Positions 24,975-32,000 of a DNA stretch of 32,000 nucleotides are shown here, in pieces (position 1 is the first letter of the stretch; every line of letters begins with the position of its first letter). This DNA is from Vibrio cholerae ATCC 14035. Its GTDB lineage: Bacteria; Pseudomonadota; Gammaproteobacteria; Enterobacterales; Vibrionaceae. The stretch spans positions 180,001-212,000 of the forward strand of contig NZ_JHXR01000004.1 in NCBI RefSeq assembly GCF_000621645.1, written 5' to 3'. Made by a program: the position numbers and the translations under genes. The notes beneath the pieces are model-generated. The model was not told the origin of the DNA, searched no databases, and was given only the letters and a program-made list of their open reading frames with translations.

Positions 24975-25023
24975 GAAGAAAAGCAAAAGAAAAGCCCCTT
25001 CCTTATGATTCGAAGGTAAGGGG
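24975..25023 (-). terminator. Orphan terminator-like hairpin plus U-run on the minus strand, 70-100 nt upstream of the rlmI start
   Basis: Minus-strand RNA reads CCCCTTACCTT-cgaatcat-AAGGAAGGGG followed by CTTTTCTTTTGCTTTTCTTC. Stem arms are at 24995-25004 / 25013-25023. Confidence 0.45.
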
Positions 25024-25168
25024 TTATCAACTCTTTTTGGGATAACGTGGATTTCGGCTATGCTTGAACCAGTTTCATTAAAGTCGTATCGATGAATCTG
25101 GCTTTCTTATGCCACAGGGAAGAGAGCATTCTGTGGTCTGAACAATGGCATAAATCAGGATGAAAAAA

Positions 25169-25444
25169 ATGGAAAAACAGTGCAGTAAGTTTATCGTTTC
25201 AGGTCATGTGCAAGGCGTGGGTTTTTGCTATCACACGTCTCATCAAGGTCTGAAGTTGGGTTTAACGGGCTACGCAAAAAATCTCAATAACGGAGATGTA
25301 GAGGTCGTGGCTTGTGGCACACCTGAAAGATTAGAAGAGTTGTATCTATGGTTGCAAGAAGGTCCTAAAACCGCCAGCGTTCGGCAAGTGCGCCGCTTAA
25401 GCAGTGAGTTAGAACATGACTATCAAGGGTTTGAAATTCTGTAG
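25169..25444 (+). CDS. yccX: Acylphosphatase
   Basis: Motif [14 protein letters not shown] ... [20 protein letters not shown] matches the acylphosphatase signature and E. coli YccX. The ATG at 25169 has AGG 9 nt upstream; the track start at 25160 is an alternative. Confidence 0.9.
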   Translation: MEKQCSKFIVSGHVQGVGFCYHTSHQGLKLGLTGYAKNLNNGDVEVVACGTPERLEELYLWLQEGPKTASVRQVRRLSSELEHDYQGFEIL

Positions 25445-25466
25445 TGTTAAGTCGGAAGAGTGTCAA

Positions 25467-25493
25467 AGCGAAGCCTAATACGATGACTTCGCT
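25467..25493. other. Hairpin between convergent yccX and tusE (AGCGAAG / CTTCGCT, 13-nt loop)
   Basis: Read directly. A T-run occurs only after a 6-nt gap on the plus strand, so it would be a weak terminator at best. Confidence 0.3.
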
Positions 25494-25509
25494 ATGGAGT
25501 TTTTAAATC

Positions 25510-25839
25510 TTATAAGCACTTCGCCGGTTTTGGTAAGCCAGCCAGTTTTGTTGCTTGTTTGGCGGGGCCTTTCGGAAAGAGTTTAAACAGATATTTACTG
25601 TTGCCTTTTTCTGGGCCGTGCTCTTTTTCCATCGCTTTGACCAACATACGAATAGCAGGGGAGGTTTTAAACTCCTCATAGAAACGACGGACAAAATGAA
25701 CCACTTCTAAGTGGGCATCTGTCAGTTCAATCCCTTCTTGCTCTGCTAAAAGAGCGATCATCCCTTCTTCCCATTGCGTAAAGTCAAGAAGATAGCCTTG
25801 GGCGTCAGTGTCGATAGTTTTGCCTTGGTATTCCAGCAT
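25510..25839 (-). CDS. tusE: Sulfurtransferase TusE (DsrC family), tRNA 2-thiouridine synthesis
   Basis: 109 aa. It is nearly colinear with E. coli TusE (…[11 protein letters not shown]…[23 protein letters not shown]) and has the conserved C-terminal Cys. Confidence 0.9.
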   Translation of the reverse strand: MLEYQGKTIDTDAQGYLLDFTQWEEGMIALLAEQEGIELTDAHLEVVHFVRRFYEEFKTSPAIRMLVKAMEKEHGPEKGNSKYLFKLFPKGPAKQATKLAGLPKPAKCL

Positions 25840-25902
25840 GGTGAGTGTCTGTGGTTGTCAATTTGCGCATAGGGTAGCGAAGCTCAAGGTGTGGCTCAAG
25901 CA

Positions 25903-25931
25903 TAAAAAAGCCCGATGAATTCATCGGGCTT
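25903..25931 (-). terminator. Rho-independent terminator of yccA
   Basis: Perfect 24-nt palindrome AAGCCCGATGAA|TTCATCGGGCTT (25908-25931), followed on the minus strand by TTTTT. Confidence 0.85.
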
Positions 25932-25952
25932 ACCGTAAAACAATCTAAGCGA

Positions 25953-26624
25953 TTAATCGTTATTGTTCATGATACCCAGAATGCTCAACAAGCTAGTGAA
26001 CAGGTTCAGGATATTCAAGTACATAGAAATCGTTGCTGAGATATAGTTGGTTTCTTCACCACGCACAATACGGCTGGTATCAAACAGAATGAAACCCGAA
26101 AATACCAGTGCAGAAACGCTACTGATAGCCAGATGAGCTACCGTTGAGCCAACAAAGATGTTAATCAATGCCGCAACAATCACAATGATCAAGCCAGCAA
26201 ACAGGAAATTACGCATGAAAGAGAAATCTTTCTTGCTGGTAATGGTGTAAGCCGACAGGCCTAAAAACACCATGCCAGTCAGGCCGAGTGCTTGCGCAAT
26301 AACGATTGGGCCATTTGGCATCGCCGCATAGAAATTCAGCATAGGGCCAAGAGCTCCTCCCATCAGTCCAGTAAAGACGAACGTCCATACTAGGCCTGAT
26401 GATGAGTTAATCGCTTTTGGCATCACGAAAAACAAAATGCCAATGGCAGCCAACTGCATCACCAAAGCAACGATAGGAGAAATGCCGATAGCCATAGTCG
26501 CCATTGCTGCAATCGCACTGGTGACAAGGGTCATAGAAAGCAGGAAGTAGGTATTCTTCAAAACCTTGTTGGTTTCAAGAGTACGTTCCAAGCTGGAAGT
26601 TCTGGTAAACATTGGCGTATTCAT
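25953..26624 (-). CDS. yccA: Bax-inhibitor-1/YccA family inner-membrane protein (FtsH modulator)
   Basis: 223 aa with 7 predicted TM helices, colinear with E. coli YccA (…KVLKNTYFLLSMTL… GEETNYI.AT..LYL...N.F.SLLSILG). AGAGGA lies 5 nt upstream. Confidence 0.9.
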   Translation of the reverse strand: MNTPMFTRTSSLERTLETNKVLKNTYFLLSMTLVTSAIAAMATMAIGISPIVALVMQLAAIGILFFVMPKAINSSSGLVWTFVFTGLMGGALGPMLNFYAAMPNGPIVIAQALGLTGMVFLGLSAYTITSKKDFSFMRNFLFAGLIIVIVAALINIFVGSTVAHLAISSVSALVFSGFILFDTSRIVRGEETNYISATISMYLNILNLFTSLLSILGIMNNND

Positions 26625-26806
26625 ACTTTTCCTCTATTAAAAGTACTGATTGCTACAGGGACAGTTATGAGGCTCAATGCCATAAATTTCAAGCCCCTTG
26701 TGCTGTCTAACTCAATAATAATCAAAATCGGTGGTTAAGGTTATGTGCAGTTGTAACACGATATTTCATCTCATTCACCGAATGATGTCTTTTTATTTGC
26801 ATGATT

Positions 26807-26841
26807 TTAAAAGAATTCAGAAGCGATTAACGCTTCTGAAT
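26807..26841 (-). terminator. Rho-independent terminator of the amino-acid ABC transporter operon
   Basis: 11-bp perfect stem ATTCAGAAGCG / CGCTTCTGAAT (26815-25 / 26831-41) with a 5-nt loop, followed on the minus strand by TCTTTT. Confidence 0.85.
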
Positions 26842-26868
26842 CAATGACGATGAAGTGAGTACCGTCGA

Positions 26869-27624
26869 TTAGTGATGCAGGATCTGAGCAAGGAAGTTCT
26901 GTGTACGATCCGATTGCGGGTTTTCAAAGAATTCTTTTGGATTGTTTTCCTCAATGATTTCTCCGGCATCCATGAAAATAACGCGGTCTGCGACTTCTTT
27001 CGCAAAGCCCATTTCGTGGGTCACACACAACATGGTCATGCCTTCCTCGGCAAGTTCAACCATAACATCCAGCACTTCACGCACCATTTCGGGGTCTAAG
27101 GCAGAGGTTGGCTCATCAAATAACATAATTTGTGGATTCATACAGAGTGAGCGAGCAATGGCTACGCGTTGCTGTTGACCACCGGAGAGTTGACCGGGAT
27201 ATTTATCCGCTTGCTCTGGAATGCGCACCCGAGTGAGATATTTCATGGCAATTTCTTCCGCCTTATCTTTAGGCATTTTCTTAACCCAAATCGGTGCGAG
27301 CGTGCAATTTTCCAATACCGTCAGATGAGGGAAGAGGTTGAAGTGTTGGAAACACATGCCAACTTCACGGCGTACTAGCTCGATGTTTTTCAAATCTTCA
27401 GTGAGCTCATTCCCCGCTACGATGATTTGCCCTTTTTGATGCTCTTCAAGGCGGTTAATGCAGCGGATCATGGTTGATTTTCCTGAGCCGGATGGTCCAC
27501 AAATGACGATACGTTCGCCTTTTTTGACATTCAGGTTGATGTTCTTCAGGACGTGAAATTCACCATACCATTTATTCATGTCTTTAATCTGAATCATAAA
27601 ATCTTGATTGAGTTGTTGCGTCAT
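26869..27624 (-). CDS. aapP: Amino-acid ABC transporter ATP-binding protein
   Basis: Walker [10 protein letters not shown], signature [13 protein letters not shown] and Walker [13 protein letters not shown] moved the start to the ATG at 27624 (AAGGAA 6 nt upstream). The track start at 27708 overlaps the upstream permease gene. Confidence 0.9.
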   Translation of the reverse strand: MTQQLNQDFMIQIKDMNKWYGEFHVLKNINLNVKKGERIVICGPSGSGKSTMIRCINRLEEHQKGQIIVAGNELTEDLKNIELVRREVGMCFQHFNLFPHLTVLENCTLAPIWVKKMPKDKAEEIAMKYLTRVRIPEQADKYPGQLSGGQQQRVAIARSLCMNPQIMLFDEPTSALDPEMVREVLDVMVELAEEGMTMLCVTHEMGFAKEVADRVIFMDAGEIIEENNPKEFFENPQSDRTQNFLAQILHH

Positions 27625-27646
27625 AATACGTTCCTTGCAAAGTGAC

Positions 27647-28744
27647 TTATCGTTTGTGACCGGTATGGAGTTTGCCTTCGAGCCAAATCGAGTATCTCGA
27701 CATGCCAAAGCAGAAGATCCAGAACACTAACGCGACAAAAACATAACTTTCTGTAGCAAAACCGAGCCAATTCGGGTCGGTATTGGCGGATTGTCCGATG
27801 CCGAGCACATCAAACATGCCGATAATCAACACCAGACTGGTGTCTTTAAACAGACCAATAAAGGTATTTACAATCGATGGAATGGTGATTTTCAGCGCTT
27901 GCGGCAGAATAATCAGCCCCATTTTTTTCCAGTAACTTAAACCGAGCGCATCGGCTGCCTCATACTGGCCTTTGGGAATCGCTTGCAAACCACCACGGAT
28001 TACTTCCGCCATGTACGCGGCACTGAACATCACCACGCCAATCAAGGCACGCAGTAGCTTATCTATCTCACTGCCTTGAGATAAAAAGAGTGGCAGCATT
28101 ACCGAAGCCATGAAAAGTACGGTAATTAAAGGCACCCCACGCCATACCTCAATGTAGACGGTACATAAGCTGCGAATAATGGGCATGTCGGAGCGACGTC
28201 CTAAAGCCAGTGCAACGCCAATTGGTAGTGAAGCGATGATGCCGACTAAAGCGATGATCAAAGTGACTAACAATCCACCCCATTTATGGGTTTCGACCAC
28301 TTCCAGCCCGAAGACACCACCATAAAGAAGTAGGGCAGCGAAGAAGGGATAGATGTTAACGAAAACCAGCCAAATCCAACCTCGCTTTGGTGTTTTTTCA
28401 TAAGCCAGCAGTGCGACAAAAAGAGCCAGAGTGAAGAAGAATAGCCTTGGTCTCCACAGTTCTGCCGCGGGGTAGAAGCCGTACATGAACTGCTCCCAGC
28501 GAACACTGATGAATACCCAGCAAGCGCCCTCAAGGGTGCAGTCGTTACGCGTGGTTCCGCTCCAGTTGGCGTTAAAAATTGCCCAATCGAGGATATTTAG
28601 GAGACCTTGAATAGCTAAGTAGCCTAACACCAAGGTTGCGATTGAGTTAAACACGCCATTAAATAAATTTTTCCGTAACCAACCGACGACCCCTGTTGTG
28701 TTGGATGGCGGCGGTAGGCTAGGTTGAAATTGATGTGTTGCCAT
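27647..28744 (-). CDS. aapM: Amino-acid ABC transporter permease (AapM/YhdY-like)
   Basis: 365-aa polytopic protein with the EAA loop [29 protein letters not shown]. Confidence 0.85.
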   Translation of the reverse strand: MATHQFQPSLPPPSNTTGVVGWLRKNLFNGVFNSIATLVLGYLAIQGLLNILDWAIFNANWSGTTRNDCTLEGACWVFISVRWEQFMYGFYPAAELWRPRLFFFTLALFVALLAYEKTPKRGWIWLVFVNIYPFFAALLLYGGVFGLEVVETHKWGGLLVTLIIALVGIIASLPIGVALALGRRSDMPIIRSLCTVYIEVWRGVPLITVLFMASVMLPLFLSQGSEIDKLLRALIGVVMFSAAYMAEVIRGGLQAIPKGQYEAADALGLSYWKKMGLIILPQALKITIPSIVNTFIGLFKDTSLVLIIGMFDVLGIGQSANTDPNWLGFATESYVFVALVFWIFCFGMSRYSIWLEGKLHTGHKR

Positions 28745-28746
28745 AA

Positions 28747-29952
28747 TTATCTCTCCACCAGTGCCACTTTACGGTTATACAGGTTCATTAAGGCTGAAGT
28801 TAATAAACTCAGCGTGAGATAGACCAACATGGTCATCGAAATGATCTCAATCGCTTGTCCTGTTTGGTTGAGGGTGGTGCCCGCAAATACAGAAACCAAG
28901 TCTGGGTAGCCAATAGCCATGGCCAGTGAGGAGTTTTTGGTTAGATTCAGATATTGGCTAGTCAGCGGTGGAATGATGATCCTGAGTGCTTGAGGAATAA
29001 TGACCAGTTTTAAGGTTTTCGTACGAGTTAAACCGAGAGACATTGCTGCTTCCGTTTGCCCGTGGCTGACCGCATTGATCCCAGAACGCACAATCTCTGC
29101 GATGAAGGATGCGGTATAGATGGTCAAGGCGACCAGTAATGCCGCCAGTTCAGGCAGTACCGAGATCCCGCCTTGGAAGTTGAATCCGCGTAGTACGGGA
29201 TATTCTGCTGTGATAGGTTGGCCAAGTAGAAAATAAACCAACACTGGAAAAGTGACACACAGTAAGAGTATGTATCGTCCCATCGGGGTTTGTTGTCCCG
29301 TTAAACGTTGGCGATTTGTTGCCCAGATACTCAATACCCAACAGGCAATGATACCAGCGATTAAGGCAACCAGAACCCAGATGCTACCGGATTCAAAGAT
29401 TGGCTTCGCGAGATACAGACCTTTTATGTTGAGGTAAAACCACTCGCCAAGATGCATGCTTTCCCTTGCCGATGGCAAGGCTTGAAGCACAACGAAATAC
29501 CAAAAGAATATTTGCAGTAGCAGTGGCAAATTACGAAATGTTTCGATGTAGACCGCTGCTAAGCGGCTGATTAGCCAGTTACTGGAGAGGCGAGCAATGC
29601 CAATCAAAAATCCCAGTATGGTCGCTAATAAGATGCCGAGTACTGAAACCAGAGCGGTATTGAGCAAGCCCACCAGAAACGTTCGGCCATAGCTGTAAGT
29701 TTCATCGTAGGGAATTAAGCTTTGGCTGATACCAAAACCAGCGGTTTGCTCTAGAAAGGCGAACCCCGTTGCGATCCCTCGAGATTCAAGGTTAGTTAAC
29801 GCATTGTTCACTATGGTGTAGAGAAAAAATGCGAGTACACAAACGGCGAGAAGTTGGAACACAACCGAACGGAAGGTTGGGTTATAAAGCAAATTGGTAT
29901 GCTTGGAATGCGCGTCAGAAGTCTCTGGCGTCGCTTTATTTGTGGGTTTCAT
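28747..29952 (-). CDS. aapQ: Amino-acid ABC transporter permease (AapQ/YhdX-like)
   Basis: 401-aa polytopic protein with the EAA loop TEAAMSLGLTRTKTLKLVIIPQALRIIIP. Its stop is 2 nt before the aapM start. Confidence 0.85.
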   Translation of the reverse strand: MKPTNKATPETSDAHSKHTNLLYNPTFRSVVFQLLAVCVLAFFLYTIVNNALTNLESRGIATGFAFLEQTAGFGISQSLIPYDETYSYGRTFLVGLLNTALVSVLGILLATILGFLIGIARLSSNWLISRLAAVYIETFRNLPLLLQIFFWYFVVLQALPSARESMHLGEWFYLNIKGLYLAKPIFESGSIWVLVALIAGIIACWVLSIWATNRQRLTGQQTPMGRYILLLCVTFPVLVYFLLGQPITAEYPVLRGFNFQGGISVLPELAALLVALTIYTASFIAEIVRSGINAVSHGQTEAAMSLGLTRTKTLKLVIIPQALRIIIPPLTSQYLNLTKNSSLAMAIGYPDLVSVFAGTTLNQTGQAIEIISMTMLVYLTLSLLTSALMNLYNRKVALVER

Positions 29953-30016
29953 ACAACAATAACCTCTTATCCATTTTTGTGCTCGGAGCTAAACCAAGCG
30001 CAGATTCCTTTTACTT

Positions 30017-30051
30017 AAAGCCGCAGTACGCACGTCTCGTACTGCAGCTTT
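30017..30051 (-). other. Intercistronic stem-loop between aapJ and aapQ (14-bp stem with one G-U pair, 7-nt loop)
   Basis: Minus-strand RNA reads AAAGCUGCAGUACG-agacgug-CGUACUGCGGCUUU. No U-run follows. Confidence 0.6.
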
Positions 30052-30077
30052 AAGGTGGTCGGGATTATAGTTATCAA

Positions 30078-31106
30078 TTAACGGATAGGTGGTGCGTACA
30101 TAAAGCCGCCCGCATTCCAGAGTGCATTCACACCGCGGTCAATTTTTAGTGGTGAGCCAGAGCCGACCGTGCGATCGAAGCTTTCGCCGTAGTTACCCAC
30201 TTGCTTAACAATTTGGTAGCTACAGTCATCACGAATGCCAAGACCCGTTCCTTTCGGACCATCAAGACCAAGGATACGTTTTACTTCTGGGTTGTCTGAC
30301 TTCATCATCTCATCGACGTTTTTCGATGTGATACCGTACTCTTCAGCATTGACCATGGCGTACAGTACCCATTTAGCGACGTTGAACCACTTATCATCAT
30401 CCTGACGAACCACAGGACCTAGAGGCTCTTTAGAGATGATTTCAGGTAGAACGACCGCAGAGTCTGGTTTTTCTAAATTGAGGCGCAGTGCATACAGACC
30501 TGATTGGTCAGTCGTCAGAACATCACAACGACCAGCATCAAAGCCTTTTGAAGTTTGAGCTGCAGTATCAAATACCACAGGTTTGTAAGTCATACCGCTA
30601 TTGCGGAAGTAGTCTGCCAAGTTGAGTTCTGTTGTGGTGCCCGATTGAACACAGACTGACGCGCCATTCAGTTCTTTGGCGCTTTTCACACCCAAATCTT
30701 TTTTCACCATGAAACCTTGGCCGTCGTAGTAGTTCACCCCGACAAAGTTAAGACCCAGGGCGCTATCACGTTGCAGAGTCCATGTTGTGTTACGAGACAG
30801 AACATCAATTTCACCGGATTGCAGCGCAGTGAAACGCTCTTTTGCGGTGAGTGGTACAAATTTAACTTTGGTTTTATCGCCTAGAACCGCTGCTGCCATT
30901 GCTTGGCAATATTCAACGTCGATCCCTTCCCATTCCCCTTTTGCATTTGGGTTAGAAAAACCCGGTAAGCCTGTACTGACGCCACAAGTAATAAAACCTT
31001 GAGATAACACTTTGTCTAGAGTGCTTTCTGCGGCTGATGCCGAGAGGCTCAGCATGGCAGACGAGGCTGCGACGACAGAAGCAAGAACAGTGAGTTTATT
31101 CGCCAT
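30078..31106 (-). CDS. aapJ: Periplasmic general L-amino-acid binding protein (family 3 SBP, AapJ/YhdW-like)
   Basis: Signal peptide MANKLTVLASVVAASSAMLSLSASA|AE. The size (342 aa) and sequence are typical of AapJ/YhdW. A strong AGGAAGGA lies 5 nt upstream. Confidence 0.85.
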   Translation of the reverse strand: MANKLTVLASVVAASSAMLSLSASAAESTLDKVLSQGFITCGVSTGLPGFSNPNAKGEWEGIDVEYCQAMAAAVLGDKTKVKFVPLTAKERFTALQSGEIDVLSRNTTWTLQRDSALGLNFVGVNYYDGQGFMVKKDLGVKSAKELNGASVCVQSGTTTELNLADYFRNSGMTYKPVVFDTAAQTSKGFDAGRCDVLTTDQSGLYALRLNLEKPDSAVVLPEIISKEPLGPVVRQDDDKWFNVAKWVLYAMVNAEEYGITSKNVDEMMKSDNPEVKRILGLDGPKGTGLGIRDDCSYQIVKQVGNYGESFDRTVGSGSPLKIDRGVNALWNAGGFMYAPPIR

Positions 31107-31560
31107 TTGTATCCTTCCTGTTTGATCCGTTTTTGACCAGGTGACACCTGATACAAGAGTTCAGCTATGTTGTGTTTCTTCAGTTATAGGTTGATGCCTA
31201 TGTGGTTGCACATTGACAAATCAACCAGTTGTAAGCGTAGGTAAGGATGTCAGATTTCTCAAACAACGAGTGAAAAGAGTTGCTTAATTTCCCCATTCCT
31301 TAACTGCGCCAGAATGGCGAAGTGTTAAATAAATGTAAATAGTGCAACTGAGTGACAGAGTGGTGCAACAGGATGGCGTGGCGGTGAGTGAACGAAGTTC
31401 TAATTAATAGTTCTATTAATTTGTTAAGGATCAGTCGGATCCACTGATTTATGGGTGAAATTTGCACAGATTTTATTTCATTCTGGTTATTAGATGCTTT
31501 TCTTGCCCCATTTTTGGTAGCATGAGTGCCAGTTAAGGATGGACAACCATAAGATGTACT

Positions 31561-32000
31561 ATGCGCTATTTTCCTCTGTTTTTGGATTTGACCAATAAAC
31601 CCGTTTTGGTCGTCGGGGGCGGCGAAGTGGCCTGCCGAAAGATTGATGCGCTATTGAGAGCGGATGCTAAAGTCACCGTGATTTCGCCGCAAGTGGCTCC
31701 CGCTTTACAGGCTTGGATTGAACAGGGGAAATGTCACTGGATTCAGCATTTTTATTCATCACACTGGTTAGATAAACGTTATGTTCAAGTATGGGCAACC
31801 ACAGATAATCCAGAATTGAATCATCAAGTCTACAAGGATGCGAAAGAGCAGGGCATATTAGTCAATGTGGTGGATGATCAGCCATACTGCGACTTCATTA
31901 CCCCCTCAATGATTGAAAGAGGCCGCATTCAGCTCGCCATTTCCAGCGGCGGCGCATCTCCAGTGTTGATTCGCAATATTCGTGAAACCTTGGAAGCCGT
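31561..32000 (+). CDS. cysG: Siroheme synthase N-terminal domain (precorrin-2 dehydrogenase / sirohydrochlorin ferrochelatase), 3' end cut by the window edge; absent from the supplied ORF track
   Basis: My own translation from the ATG at 31561 gives MRYFPLFLDLTNKPVLVVGGGEVACRKIDALLRADAKVTVISP...AISSGGASPVLIRNIRETLEA. It is colinear with the E. coli CysG N-terminus ([23 protein letters not shown]...[20 protein letters not shown]). The frame stays open to the window end. The SD is weak. Confidence 0.8.
   Translation, partial: MRYFPLFLDLTNKPVLVVGGGEVACRKIDALLRADAKVTVISPQVAPALQAWIEQGKCHWIQHFYSSHWLDKRYVQVWATTDNPELNHQVYKDAKEQGILVNVVDDQPYCDFITPSMIERGRIQLAISSGGASPVLIRNIRETLEA

Noticed and set aside
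24924-24986. N-terminal extension of rlmI ([21 protein letters not shown])
   Set aside because: It is a translation of the U-rich tail of the hairpin at 24975-25023. E. coli RlmI aligns from the ATG at 24923.
27625-27708. N-terminal extension of the ABC ATPase ORF overlapping the permease gene by 62 nt
   Set aside because: The internal ATG at 27624 has a good AAGGAA SD and gives the normal distance to Walker A. The same logic applies to the track starts at 934 (acnD), 4759 (prpE) and 10382 (hppD).
31107-31330. Sigma-54 (GG-N10-GC) promoter for the aap operon
   Set aside because: The best candidates (minus-strand TGGGGAAATTAAGCA and TGGTTGATTTGTCAATGTGCA) have the wrong GG-to-GC spacing (8-9 or 15 nt instead of 10).
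1-32000. Search for mobile elements, CRISPR arrays, tRNA/rRNA genes, integrases or a defence-island signature
   Set aside because: I saw no transposase- or integrase-like ORFs, no regularly spaced direct repeats, no long terminal inverted repeats and no tRNA-like cloverleaf regions. Every large ORF has a housekeeping, metabolic or signalling assignment and is syntenic with known enterobacterial or Vibrio blocks.

Overview
The window reads as ordinary core chromosome of a Vibrio. Gene order and protein sequences match my recollection of Vibrio cholerae chromosome I around the prp / hppD-hmgA / HD-GYP region; this is recollection, not a search. From left to right it contains: (1) a methylcitrate-cycle operon of the AcnD/PrpF type (prpC partial, acnD, prpF, prpE); (2) a small GNAT acetyltransferase and a Nudix + PAP2-like membrane fusion protein, convergent with an M20 PepT-like peptidase; (3) a tightly coupled tyrosine/homogentisate catabolic operon (hppD, hmgA, FAH-family hydrolase, maiA); (4) a c-di-GMP signalling neighbourhood, made of an HD-GYP response regulator divergent from a 1331-aa hybrid histidine kinase, a Prx5-type peroxiredoxin, a 650-bp gene-poor gap, and a periplasmic-propeller GGEEF diguanylate cyclase; (5) the rlmI, acylphosphatase, tusE, yccA block, syntenic with E. 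coli; (6) an aapJQMP/yhdWXYZ-type general amino-acid ABC transporter operon; (7) the 5' end of a cysG-like siroheme synthase gene. I saw no rRNA, tRNA, CRISPR array, transposase, integrase or defence-island signature. I do not see a self-contained unknown multi-gene system. The points most worth a second look are the orphan c-di-GMP sensor/effector cluster, an extended inverted repeat in its divergent promoter, a possibly structured leader in front of the cyclase gene, the Nudix-PAP2 fusion with degenerate catalytic motifs, TyrR-like boxes upstream of hppD, and an orphan terminator-like hairpin upstream of rlmI. All structure and motif calls were made by eye. No folding, HMM or database search was run.
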